Source: a virus (taxonomy: Duplodnaviria; Caudoviricetes). Taken from it: a DNA stretch of 64,000 nucleotides. Shown here piece after piece: positions 8,840 through 18,688 of the stretch. How positions within the stretch are numbered: the first letter of the stretch is position 1; each line of letters opens with the position of its first letter. Made by a program: the position numbers and the translations under genes. The stretch lies in the IMG/VR virus record IMGVR_UViG_3300014205_000183; one strand, written 5' to 3'. The notes beneath the pieces were generated by a model. That model saw nothing but the letters and a program-made list of their open reading frames with translations. It did not search any database and had not been told where the DNA came from.

Positions 8840-10771
8840 TTATTTACTCTCAAGAGAATGTGGGGCGATATTGCCATGATCACTCATGTGCCAAACACCA
8901 GGCCAGAACTGCTGAGACTCCATGCGGGCAAGGATGAAATCCTCGGCATCATCCATCGAATTAAATTCACCTAAGAATCTGCCACCAACTTCGGATACGG
9001 AAGTCTTACTTCCCAGGGAACCACTATCAGATATCATGTAGTCGCCGTCAACAGGTTCTTCTAGGAGGTCGTCTTCGATCTCAGGGTCATCCTCATATTC
9101 ATCGGCAGCGCGTTTCTTTTTTGCTGCATTCTTCCCCGCAGCCAATTTATCTGCCTTGGACATGGCTTCCTCAAGTGTAGCAGCGTGTCCCACAACTTCA
9201 GAAGCAGCATCTTCTATGTCAAACTTATCCGCAAACCCCTCTGGAAGAGGATCGATACGGTAGTTGGTTCGAGAGTTTAATAAGGTGCCGTCATCTTCTT
9301 CTAACCAATCTGAATTAGCGGCTTTGGCAAGTGCCTTCTTGCTGCCCTGCTTATCAGTAAGGTAGTCTGGGTCTTCTTCCAAGATACCTGAATGAAACTT
9401 TATATAATATTTACCATCAGTTGATTTTGCGCCATCACGAGAATCTTTAAACATTACATCAGGATAGTCAGATCCGTCCACATATGGCTCGATTACTTTA
9501 TCTGTCTTAGCATCTACAAGAGCCAGGCCGTAGCCCTGACCTTCCCAGTCAGCAATCAAATCAAATATTGATATAGGTTTTGCGGAAGTTGTTTTCTTAT
9601 TGGCGTATGTGCCTAGCAGTTGCTCTTTAAGCCATTCCCGCATGTCGTCGGCAGTGCTGAATGATTCTAGTTCAACACCATCCAAGTCTGTTACAAAGAA
9701 AGCCTCGGGGTCATCTTCAAATTTAGTATGGTGGAATAAAACATAATCCCCAAGCAGTAAACCCGTCTCGTCTTCCATCATCGCAAAGAGATCGCCATGA
9801 CCATCAAAAATATCGTCAATCATGCGTTCGGTATTAGCTGCTTGTTTTTTAGTCAACTTACCCGACTTTTTAACAGGTGCGAGACCATCTGCCAGACTCA
9901 TTGCACCATCCAGTGTATTGGCATGACCTATAAGTCCTTCCTCGTCATTCTTAATTTGAAAACGAGAGTTCCAAGGGGCATCATCATCTTCCTCAATCTT
10001 GAAATGCGTGCGAGTGTTCACCATCAAGTCAGCAGCTTCTGGCACCCATTCTGATACCAATGCAGTCACCTGCTTACCAGCTGTCTTACTCTTCGGCATA
10101 TTCTGTGTTACTTCATCCTGTGGAGTGACAATCTGCTTTGGTTTAATAGCCTCGCTGATATTGTCATTAAATGTAATAAGGATACCATCGGCTTCAACCT
10201 CTTTAGCAAGGTCTTGAAGAAGTTCCAGATCTTCCTGACGAACCAGGATATCAACACATACTCGGTCAGGGTCAATAGTATAACGGCGGACTTCCCGATA
10301 ACGAATATCAGCCTCAGCCAATACCGCAAGTACGCTGGTGTAGCTTTCGTTAGTCTGACCAGCTTTTGTTTCTATGGTTAAACGGTAGCCATAACCATCA
10401 TAGATAGTCGCCATCTTAGCAGCATTGCGTTTAAAGTCCTTACCGGAGAACTGGTCGTCACCAGTTCCCAGCCACTGGTAAACAGCATCAGATAGCTGCT
10501 TATTGGGTAGCTGCGCCACATGCAGTGCGGATTGCGGTTTGGTGAAGTCGTTACTCCAGGACATATACACATGAGTACTGTCAATAGGTTTGATGTAATA
10601 AGTGTCACCATCCATAGTAAATTCTTTTACTTCAGTAGGTGTGTTCTTATCAGACCTCTTCTCAAAGAAACCCTGTTGAAGTCTGGCCAACGCCGTAGGA
10701 GCTGATGCTGCTGCCAGAGTTCTTAAGTTTTCTGTTTCAAATTCACTGCCGGGGGTTCGCATACCACGCAT
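8840..10771 (-). CDS. modular acidic putative internal head polyprotein
   Basis: Acidic modules separated by KRNAA, KSKTAG, KKQAA, KKTTSA, AKAA and KKRAA; one module duplicated. Confidence 0.7.
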   Translation of the reverse strand: MRGMRTPGSEFETENLRTLAAASAPTALARLQQGFFEKRSDKNTPTEVKEFTMDGDTYYIKPIDSTHVYMSWSNDFTKPQSALHVAQLPNKQLSDAVYQWLGTGDDQFSGKDFKRNAAKMATIYDGYGYRLTIETKAGQTNESYTSVLAVLAEADIRYREVRRYTIDPDRVCVDILVRQEDLELLQDLAKEVEADGILITFNDNISEAIKPKQIVTPQDEVTQNMPKSKTAGKQVTALVSEWVPEAADLMVNTRTHFKIEEDDDAPWNSRFQIKNDEEGLIGHANTLDGAMSLADGLAPVKKSGKLTKKQAANTERMIDDIFDGHGDLFAMMEDETGLLLGDYVLFHHTKFEDDPEAFFVTDLDGVELESFSTADDMREWLKEQLLGTYANKKTTSAKPISIFDLIADWEGQGYGLALVDAKTDKVIEPYVDGSDYPDVMFKDSRDGAKSTDGKYYIKFHSGILEEDPDYLTDKQGSKKALAKAANSDWLEEDDGTLLNSRTNYRIDPLPEGFADKFDIEDAASEVVGHAATLEEAMSKADKLAAGKNAAKKKRAADEYEDDPEIEDDLLEEPVDGDYMISDSGSLGSKTSVSEVGGRFLGEFNSMDDAEDFILARMESQQFWPGVWHMSDHGNIAPHSLESK

Positions 10772-10785
10772 GAGCCGCTCCTTTT

Positions 10786-10968
10786 TTATTTTTCCTTTTG
10801 AGTTCTATCAGCAAAGAAATCTGGGTGCTGGTCGCCTACCGGTTGATTATTCATCGGCACCCGTAAATCATAATTCAAATCCAAACCACCTATGTCCGCC
10901 CCAATTTGCTCAGGGCTGCCATTGGCCAGTACGCTCTTAATATTGCTTATAGCATACTGAATGTTCAT
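10786..10968 (-). CDS. hypothetical protein
   Basis: 60-aa ORF tightly packed in the operon. Confidence 0.5.
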   Translation of the reverse strand: MNIQYAISNIKSVLANGSPEQIGADIGGLDLNYDLRVPMNNQPVGDQHPDFFADRTQKEK

Positions 10969-10970
10969 TA

Positions 10971-13877
10971 TTAACCTTTGTGCACTTTCTTGATTTTAGT
11001 ACCTTGATCACATGCTTCCAATTTCCAATTACGACCGCCGTGAATATCAAAATCGTAGTTGCCGAGTCGAGCGGCTTTCTTAGCTAAACGTCTACGAGTA
11101 GCTATGATTGTATCATCTTCCTTTTCACCTTCGACCATCATGCCGTTAGTGAGATCGGTAGCTGCAATTTTCTGAGCCAGCCGAGAAGCTGTTGTATTAG
11201 GTGCTCCTTGTAAATCAACAATAAGTTTTTCCAGAATCTTTTCCCGGATTTCTAAATACGTTTTTTCAGGATACCAGTTATCAAACGCAATTCTAGGATT
11301 TACAGAAGAGTCCCCATCATCGCCAAGACCGATCTTCCAATCTTCGAAATTGTAGAATATCCAACTATCTGATATGTCAGCTGGACCTTCTTGCCCTCCA
11401 GCAACACTTTCATCAGCCTCTGGGAATGTCAAATCCACATAACCAGAAATATGCTCCGCATCCTTCCAATTATTTGTTTGTATTGATATGTCATTCACGG
11501 TCATACCTGAAAACTCGCCAGCGATATCTTCGTCAGATTTATAGGGTCCGGTAGTCCCAACAGCCAATGCCCGGAGCTTAGCAGCTAATCGAGAAGACCG
11601 ACGCTTGATATCAACGACACTGTCGTCAATAATAGGGTCACCTTCAGTAACACCATTGGCGGCCAAGGCTTCTGTTATTTTTTTCTGTACTGCGGAGGTA
11701 GATTGCGAATATTTGCGTTTATTCACATGCATAACTCCGGCAGTATCTCTTAATGCCATGATGGTGGCATAATGCATCAATGCCCAACTCCCATCAGGCT
11801 GCTTCGAGATCTTTAGATTGGGTGTACCCCAGGTAGGTAGCTTATCTTTCGGAAAACTATCAGTCACAAAAAGGTTGATAACATCATCGTTAGTAGCTGC
11901 CTGTTTATCAAGACCGCTGAGTTTTTTAGCCAGCCGTGCAGCCTGTGTATCCAAATTACCAAGTTTCATATCCAACTCCCTTTCAGTTATTTGAGATTCT
12001 CCAACATCTGCTGCCTCTGGTTGTGTATTTAACATTTCATTATGTCCGCGAACAAATACACTAAACTTCCCTCCATTACCACTATATTTATTAAGTGGAC
12101 GGCCGTCAAAATCAGTAAAGCCTAGCTCAGTGAGTTTATTCTGCAATTCGGGTGTCCAACTCATAACCGGATTTTGAAGCCGCCAGGTTCCGCGCATACT
12201 GCCGTCCGCAATATATTTCACCCGGGCGTCTACCCCATTACTTAATAAAAACTCCTGCATCTTCTGATTCTCAGGTCTACGTTTAGCGGTGACAATGGCA
12301 GCGAGACGCTCGACACCCGTACTTTTAATGAGGTCACCAAAAATAGCAGAATACTTAGAACTGAAGATGGCAATATTGTCGGCGCGTCCGGCCTTTTCAG
12401 ATTCAGCTGGGTGACCGTCTTCGAGTGTCTTGATGTTGCCATCAGCCGCTGGAGTATTCGGGGCACTGGTCAAGCCCTTAGTAGGTGTGCGATCAACAGG
12501 CACAGTATTATTGTCTAGGGTGCCAAGTTCCGCGGCTGTTTTCTTTGTTGTCTTAACAAACTTACCTGCGCTAGTATACAAGGCGTCAAACTCTTTGAAA
12601 GACAACCTCACGAGTGATCCGAGCTTAGTGACCCGCAGTAAGGCACTTGGGCAACCCGCTTCTATATTCAAGGAAGTATATTTAGTAAGTTTCTTGTCAC
12701 CATCGATTTTACTGATAGACTCTTCATAGCGAACACCATAAGCCTGTGTCGGTTCGGCCTTGTCCAGATCCATATCCGCGGTAGGCCGCTTCTCCAAGAT
12801 GTACACTTTCTTTTCGAGGTCTACATCTTTAATGGTAATCATGTCTAATTCAGGAGCCTGCTTGGCATCTACCGGGACCAAGATGTCGCCTAAGCGATAT
12901 TTGGTTTCAAAATCATTAGGATGTCCGGCTGTTTTCTTTGCAGCTTCGACGCCAGGCTCTTGAGTATTGAAGTCACTCAACAAACTCCAGGCTGTGTCAC
13001 GCAAGCTATCACCAAAGCTCTCCAGGTATAGTCCGTGACTGCTGACACCCTTAGATTCCATAAAAGTCTCAACTTCGGTGTCATCTTCTGGAGATACACC
13101 ATGACCCTGGGAAACCAAAGCTAGATCAGACCAGACAGCCGGAAATTCCTTAACCAATTCTGCCACGGTGAGCTTGCCTTCCCACTTTTCATCAATGGCC
13201 GCGATAAGCTCCTGCCCTACTTTTTTTATTTCTTCATCAGGCATCTTGATGCCTGCGTCAGTTAACATGCTGGGAATGTACTCTGTAAGCTCCTGTTGTG
13301 ATGCGTTGTATCCTAGCTTCTCATTAACGCCTGCTAAATCAGACTCTTCACCCTCCTCATATGCACTCTCAAGCACAGAACCAACAGCATCTACAAATAG
13401 GATTTGACCCATATCATACGCGGTATCGCCAGTATCAGCGGCAGTCTTAACTGAGCTGTCTTTTTTAGATTCAAATTTACCACCCATGTTCTGGTAAACG
13501 GTATTCACGGTTGCCCATTCTTTATCTCCAAAGTCGGCCTTGGCTTTGCCGCTGCTCTTGGCCACGGCTTCCTCTGCCTTTTTCCACTTAGATTCATCAA
13601 CTTTACCCGGGGCATAAGTTTCAAATGCTGCCTTTTTTGGTTTTTTCTTTTTAGACTTATATGCCCAGGCATTATGCGCCGTGAGCTTATCTTTAGCAGC
13701 CAAGAAGCGTGCTTGCTTTTCTGTGAAGCCGTCTACCGCAGCTACAATTTGATCAAAATCAGCATACAGGCGTTTACCGCTTGTTAGCTTAATATTAGCC
13801 TTGGTTCCAACAACGGACAGTACACGCCCCTGTTGACCGTTCCACATCGTGACAAGTTGATTATGTTTAACTTCCAT
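10971..13877 (-). CDS. modular putative internal head polyprotein (includes a ChaB-like segment)
   Basis: 968 aa; KKAA, VKTAA, AKKTAG, KKTAA and DKQAA linkers; DE..W.KA....WA.V..VY..MGG ChaB-like helix pair. Confidence 0.7.
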   Translation of the reverse strand: MEVKHNQLVTMWNGQQGRVLSVVGTKANIKLTSGKRLYADFDQIVAAVDGFTEKQARFLAAKDKLTAHNAWAYKSKKKKPKKAAFETYAPGKVDESKWKKAEEAVAKSSGKAKADFGDKEWATVNTVYQNMGGKFESKKDSSVKTAADTGDTAYDMGQILFVDAVGSVLESAYEEGEESDLAGVNEKLGYNASQQELTEYIPSMLTDAGIKMPDEEIKKVGQELIAAIDEKWEGKLTVAELVKEFPAVWSDLALVSQGHGVSPEDDTEVETFMESKGVSSHGLYLESFGDSLRDTAWSLLSDFNTQEPGVEAAKKTAGHPNDFETKYRLGDILVPVDAKQAPELDMITIKDVDLEKKVYILEKRPTADMDLDKAEPTQAYGVRYEESISKIDGDKKLTKYTSLNIEAGCPSALLRVTKLGSLVRLSFKEFDALYTSAGKFVKTTKKTAAELGTLDNNTVPVDRTPTKGLTSAPNTPAADGNIKTLEDGHPAESEKAGRADNIAIFSSKYSAIFGDLIKSTGVERLAAIVTAKRRPENQKMQEFLLSNGVDARVKYIADGSMRGTWRLQNPVMSWTPELQNKLTELGFTDFDGRPLNKYSGNGGKFSVFVRGHNEMLNTQPEAADVGESQITERELDMKLGNLDTQAARLAKKLSGLDKQAATNDDVINLFVTDSFPKDKLPTWGTPNLKISKQPDGSWALMHYATIMALRDTAGVMHVNKRKYSQSTSAVQKKITEALAANGVTEGDPIIDDSVVDIKRRSSRLAAKLRALAVGTTGPYKSDEDIAGEFSGMTVNDISIQTNNWKDAEHISGYVDLTFPEADESVAGGQEGPADISDSWIFYNFEDWKIGLGDDGDSSVNPRIAFDNWYPEKTYLEIREKILEKLIVDLQGAPNTTASRLAQKIAATDLTNGMMVEGEKEDDTIIATRRRLAKKAARLGNYDFDIHGGRNWKLEACDQGTKIKKVHKG

Positions 13878-13912
13878 GACCGCCCTCGCTTAGTATATTT
13901 GTTTAAAAATAG

Positions 13913-15055
13913 TTACTTCTTATCTGTTGTTCCAAAGTCAAAATTCTTTAATTCATCCGCTAATTCCAAATCATTAGTAGCCCCACTGTCAATTCCACGT
14001 CTAGCCATCTCTTGCCGGAGAATAGGATTGATACGATGTTGCGGGTTGCGCAACAGCTCACTGCTCTGCTTACGACTACCTAATCTGTATTTTTTAATAG
14101 AATTAAGAGTGGTATTTAGGTAGCTACCTAATTTTTCTTTAGACCCGGACCACATCAAACGAGAACCTTTATGCACGGTAGACATACCAGTGGCTTCAAT
14201 AGCAGGTATATAAGTGCCCCCACCTAGTTGAGCAATTCGAGCTGTTAAGCCAGATGCCTTCTGCATAATGGATTCATCTTCATTTTTAGCAGATACGACG
14301 CTGCGAGCGAATGACCGGCGCTCTAAAGAAGCAGCTGTGGCTTCACCTGGAGCCTCTGCGGGAGTGGCTGCTTCACCTGCGGGTGCCGCGGCAGCATCAG
14401 GGCCTCCTGCAAGATTACCTTCGTCTACAATCTCTTCTTCGCCTGCCCCATCCATCAGGGCACCGCCACCCATATCACCACCAATATCGCCCCCGTCAGA
14501 GGGTTCAGCACCGGGTGCAAATGCAGGCTCACCTTCTGGTTCTGGCGGAGTCGCGTCTTCTTGTGCAGCGGCCTCGGCCTGTCCTTCCATCACGGTCTGC
14601 TCTATATTAGTATAGCTGTCCACAAGTAGGTCAAATCCTGACTCATATTGCGATTTAATCAAATCCACCTTATTTTCATCGAAGTCATCCGGTGCAGACC
14701 AGCCATTTTCGGTATCGTAAACATTGGTCACGAGTGCCTCTGATTCAGATATAGCCTTGTCACCCATAAACACTTTAAACTGCATTGTCAGCTGGCCATC
14801 CTTATTGGCCTCTTCTTTAACTAGAGAGAACTTACGCCCATCACGCTCCTCTTCCCGAAGCACCTCTGCCGCAGCACGGCGAACAAGTCCTGCCCGTCTC
14901 AACATATCATAAGGAACATCGTAACTTTCACCATTGTCTAAGGTAACAGCTGCATGAAGAGAACCTGTGCGAATAACGGTGCCTTTGCCAAGCAAATCAT
15001 CGCCATCAACCACCTCCACTACTTGCCCCGGATTATACTCTTCATAAGGTTTCAT
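13913..15055 (-). CDS. putative internal head protein with N-terminal SH3/KOW-like domain
   Basis: Y.PGQVVEV...G.GTV...V.LDNG pattern; RRAAA linker; acidic low-complexity middle. Confidence 0.6.
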   Translation of the reverse strand: MKPYEEYNPGQVVEVVDGDDLLGKGTVIRTGSLHAAVTLDNGESYDVPYDMLRRAGLVRRAAAEVLREEERDGRKFSLVKEEANKDGQLTMQFKVFMGDKAISESEALVTNVYDTENGWSAPDDFDENKVDLIKSQYESGFDLLVDSYTNIEQTVMEGQAEAAAQEDATPPEPEGEPAFAPGAEPSDGGDIGGDMGGGALMDGAGEEEIVDEGNLAGGPDAAAAPAGEAATPAEAPGEATAASLERRSFARSVVSAKNEDESIMQKASGLTARIAQLGGGTYIPAIEATGMSTVHKGSRLMWSGSKEKLGSYLNTTLNSIKKYRLGSRKQSSELLRNPQHRINPILRQEMARRGIDSGATNDLELADELKNFDFGTTDKK

Positions 15056-15056
15056 A

Positions 15057-15518
15057 TTATAACTCCCAATGTAAATTTGAGACCTGTGTGTTTATTTCTG
15101 TACGGATGTTATTCAGGTCTGTTGCGAATTGTTTTACTGCATCTAAATATTGTTCCGACATCCGAGCACCCTCAAGCAACACGTCGGACAAGGAAACTAA
15201 TGCCTCCAGTGGTTCATTCTGTCCCTCTGGATGAGCGTCCTGGATTCCCTGTGCCGCAGTCTTTAATGATTCAGCATAAGTTCGCAGGGTGTGCAGATAG
15301 TTGCCAACTAAGTCAACCTTAGATAAAAACTGCATACCTGATACCCTGTCTTCCAGGGTATTCTGAAGAAGTATGGCTAAGTCTTCAACCATATCTTTAC
15401 GCTCTTTAGCGGCCTGCTTACCCGCACCTTTAGATGTATGACCTATAATCGGGTCATGTGACTTGGTAGGGTCGAATTTAGGTGCTTGCTTAGTTGCCAC
15501 TAGCAACCTCCGCCGCAA
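15057..15518 (-). CDS. hypothetical helical protein
   Basis: 153 aa; overlaps the portal 3' end; KQA motifs. Confidence 0.6.
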   Translation of the reverse strand: MRRRLLVATKQAPKFDPTKSHDPIIGHTSKGAGKQAAKERKDMVEDLAILLQNTLEDRVSGMQFLSKVDLVGNYLHTLRTYAESLKTAAQGIQDAHPEGQNEPLEALVSLSDVLLEGARMSEQYLDAVKQFATDLNNIRTEINTQVSNLHWEL

Positions 15519-18500
15519 CCTCGGCTAATGTGCGTTCATGTTTTTGTTTAGGAGGCTCTACAGGTTTGTCTATGAGTGCGTTCTTCTGAGATATTTTACG
15601 ACCCTTGTAATTTTTACCTACCAGAGTCTTATTAACCATCCGTTTATTCTGGGTGTCTGAGAGAACATCAAATACTCTCTCAGTGGATTCTGACTTTTTT
15701 CCTGCCTCAAGTTTCAAACTTTCAGCCATTGGGTCTCTTGCAGCCGGGTCACCACCCTTCTCTACTTTACCCTTGTTAATCTGTGTCTGAATAGGGTCAG
15801 CTTTTGCCTCAGGTAACTTGGTGAGATCTGGAACTTTTGCAACATCCAATATACCGGCACCCAGCGGTTTTAATGATAATAATTTTGAATATGCACCACC
15901 CTTAGAGGCGGCCTTCTTAGTCTGTGGGGTGGCGGCTTCACCACGGCGAGCTTTTGTGGAAACGGGTTGGTTCTGTTTAGGTATGAATGGCTGACCAATC
16001 ATAGTCTCATCTGTATTAGCACCAGATATTTTCTTACGCCCTTCGATTGCCACGGGGTCAAATACACTGGCTTGTTCAGAATAGAGATAGCTACGCACCT
16101 CTTCATAATCGAGATCCAGAGACTCTGTTAATATTTTCATAGGCAAGCGACCGGTGGCCACCATGCTACTGATGATTGATTTAATAGAACCATCATCTAA
16201 CAGATTGGATTTAGAACGCCAATCAATAGTAGGAATAATGAGACGGTTAGTCTCCTCATTTCCTGTACGAACACCATGGGCTAGATCAGCCGCTTTACGT
16301 TTATAAAACTTATTGGCGTACGCCACAGGAGCAAATATTTTCTGATAAAGATACCGCTCAACTTTTGCCCTGATAGGGATGTATCTTGACATCATGGCGC
16401 GGAAGGCTACACTGGCGGTATTACCTTGAATGGTAACCAGACCATTACGCCGAGTTATAAACAAGTGGTTAGGAACCTCGAAGCAATAAACACGACCTTT
16501 GTAATCTTCGCGATAAATAGTTTTTATACCTTTACCTAAACGCTTGGCTTCCAAGGTTGGGAACTTCCCAGAATCTGCATCAGACCATTGAACATAATAT
16601 CTACGATTATGTTTCTCAGGAACCTTCTTATCTGCGGTCAATCGAGGTACATTGCCTAGTTTGTACACGATCTCAAATACGTCATCAATGAGTGTTTTTG
16701 ATGTGGAGCAGTAAGTGTAATATTGTTTGTCAGTTTGTTTTTTCGTAGTGGCAGCGCGACGACTCCCGTCCCCATCCACCAAGGCGCTTAAAAGAATACT
16801 GAGATACGGAGTAGGAAGATTTTTAATCCACTTAGGTAGTTTCTTGTTGAGACAACCCTTGCCAAAATTAGCATTAAAATAAGCAACTCTCTCTTTGCCT
16901 GAAATTCCAAAAGAGTCCTTGTACACATTAAAACCAAATTTAACACAAATATCTTTAATGTGCTTATAATGTGCTGAGGTATGCATTTGACGAATGCCTA
17001 CAACCTGGGTACGCTCTGCTGCACTTTCAGCAGTCCAACCTTCGGATACATAGTAACCTACGAGAGTACACCAGTCTGCCAAGGTAACATTTGCACCAAA
17101 CAGCCGCTTTACTTCCGCAGGAACATCTTGCTGTGCTCCCGCCCACTTAACCTGAGATCTAAACTCTGCTCTTGGGCCAACCTCATCTGCCCGCATAATC
17201 TTCCAGGCACCATCTTTACCCTTATTCCATCTGGTTCGAGTATACATGCGATGATTAGGTGTAACCATACAATCTATTTTGCCGGTTTTAAAATGAACCA
17301 TTTTTCCATCCCGAGCACTGTCATAGTCATATATATGCTTGCTCATGGGGAGATGGTATTCAAGCTGCTCGTTAACCGGATTGAATGTGGCAATTTTATC
17401 TTCATCCGTAATATCATCAATTTTCTTAAACCCATTATCAGTCAAAGTCTCTGTATTCTCATCATAGCAAGCGAAGTTGGGGCCGTCCCCCGTGGTCATT
17501 GCTTTATTGGAAAACAGTGCTGTCAAGATTTCACTTTCAATCTGCTGATATTCTTGATTTATGGGAAGCAACTTACCATTGAGGCCTACAGCCTCCACAG
17601 CTACTGCATAGTGAGTAATGATGGTGAACATGGGATCATTATTAGCGCTGACGAGTAGATCGCGGAATGACGATAAATCCTCCTCGGTTGGCATATAGCC
17701 TCCCGTTGCTAGATCACCAGCCTGCCCGAGCTTCCATAACCATTTAGGATTGATGTGCCCGTCTGCAATAACATAGTTCGCTTCTGCCAGCTTATCACGA
17801 TACAGCAGCGATTTTAAGCAGCGCAATACAATAGACGTACCGCGAAGATCTGCCCATCTAATTTTATTACGAATCATGTATGTGCTGAAGTTAGATAACA
17901 ACAATCTCTTATTCTGTCGCACTGCTGCCACGAAGTCATCATCGAGATAAGTGCGGAGCCGCTTAGTCACATAGTCGTCTGATTTAACCAGGTTAATCAG
18001 CATTGGGTCGGGTTCAAGTTCGTAAAATTCTACATCATCCCCCTCATCGGAGTGTAGTAGATAATGTCCCTTAACGTAAACGTAGTTGTTATCGAGAAAG
18101 GTGAGGTCTGTAAAACAATTATAATTATCATTCCAAAATGCAAATGGAATAACTTCACCATATGTGAAGAACTGTCGTAGCAACTCTACACATTTAAGAT
18201 GCAACTCCATAGACTCCGTCATGTCTTCATAAAATTGTGCGATTTTTGGGTCTTCGACACCTCGGAGAGCAAATCTGCTAAGAGGTATCTCAGCATGGGC
18301 ATCCAGCAGGTTACCAACCAAACCATTCCATTTTTTGTAATAAGTAATCCACTGATTAAGCAATCTATTAGGCTCACCTGTGGAGGCATCGCTCTCAGGC
18401 ATGTAGAAATTAGATTGATTAAGCAGCGGCGACCGGATGGCCGGGTTGGCCGTCTGAATGTCTGCGGCTAATTTACGAAACTTACCTATATCCCCCTGCT

Positions 18501-18642
18501 GATTGCCCGCGAATCGACTAAGCATAGTCATACCAGGAGCCGTACCGCCCGTTAAGGGTGTATTACGGCTATCAAAACTCTCACGTATACTACGTGCATG
18601 AACACTTACCGGTCTTCCTTGAGAATCCAAAATCGGACCCAT
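15490..18642 (-). CDS. portal protein (intein-containing)
   Basis: ~700-aa extein with portal-like FFTYGE, RGTSIV..CLK.L...DKL and IPTIDW segments; head-module context. Confidence 0.75.
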   Translation of the reverse strand: MGPILDSQGRPVSVHARSIRESFDSRNTPLTGGTAPGMTMLSRFAGNQQGDIGKFRKLAADIQTANPAIRSPLLNQSNFYMPESDASTGEPNRLLNQWITYYKKWNGLVGNLLDAHAEIPLSRFALRGVEDPKIAQFYEDMTESMELHLKCVELLRQFFTYGEVIPFAFWNDNYNCFTDLTFLDNNYVYVKGHYLLHSDEGDDVEFYELEPDPMLINLVKSDDYVTKRLRTYLDDDFVAAVRQNKRLLLSNFSTYMIRNKIRWADLRGTSIVLRCLKSLLYRDKLAEANYVIADGHINPKWLWKLGQAGDLATGGYMPTEEDLSSFRDLLVSANNDPMFTIITHYAVAVEAVGLNGKLLPINQEYQQIESEILTALFSNKAMTTGDGPNFACYDENTETLTDNGFKKIDDITDEDKIATFNPVNEQLEYHLPMSKHIYDYDSARDGKMVHFKTGKIDCMVTPNHRMYTRTRWNKGKDGAWKIMRADEVGPRAEFRSQVKWAGAQQDVPAEVKRLFGANVTLADWCTLVGYYVSEGWTAESAAERTQVVGIRQMHTSAHYKHIKDICVKFGFNVYKDSFGISGKERVAYFNANFGKGCLNKKLPKWIKNLPTPYLSILLSALVDGDGSRRAATTKKQTDKQYYTYCSTSKTLIDDVFEIVYKLGNVPRLTADKKVPEKHNRRYYVQWSDADSGKFPTLEAKRLGKGIKTIYREDYKGRVYCFEVPNHLFITRRNGLVTIQGNTASVAFRAMMSRYIPIRAKVERYLYQKIFAPVAYANKFYKRKAADLAHGVRTGNEETNRLIIPTIDWRSKSNLLDDGSIKSIISSMVATGRLPMKILTESLDLDYEEVRSYLYSEQASVFDPVAIEGRKKISGANTDETMIGQPFIPKQNQPVSTKARRGEAATPQTKKAASKGGAYSKLLSLKPLGAGILDVAKVPDLTKLPEAKADPIQTQINKGKVEKGGDPAARDPMAESLKLEAGKKSESTERVFDVLSDTQNKRMVNKTLVGKNYKGRKISQKNALIDKPVEPPKQKHERTLAEVAAEVASGN
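16420..17469 (-). mobile_element. intein with LAGLIDADG homing endonuclease, 350 aa
   Basis: NFA|CYDENTETLT start, block B VTPNHRM, LVGYYVSEG and LSALVDGDG motifs, VYCFEVPNH..., end IQGN|T. Confidence 0.92.
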
Positions 18643-18688
18643 GTGTTACCCTCGTTGTTAAATCAGATCATCCTATTTACTTCTTTAT

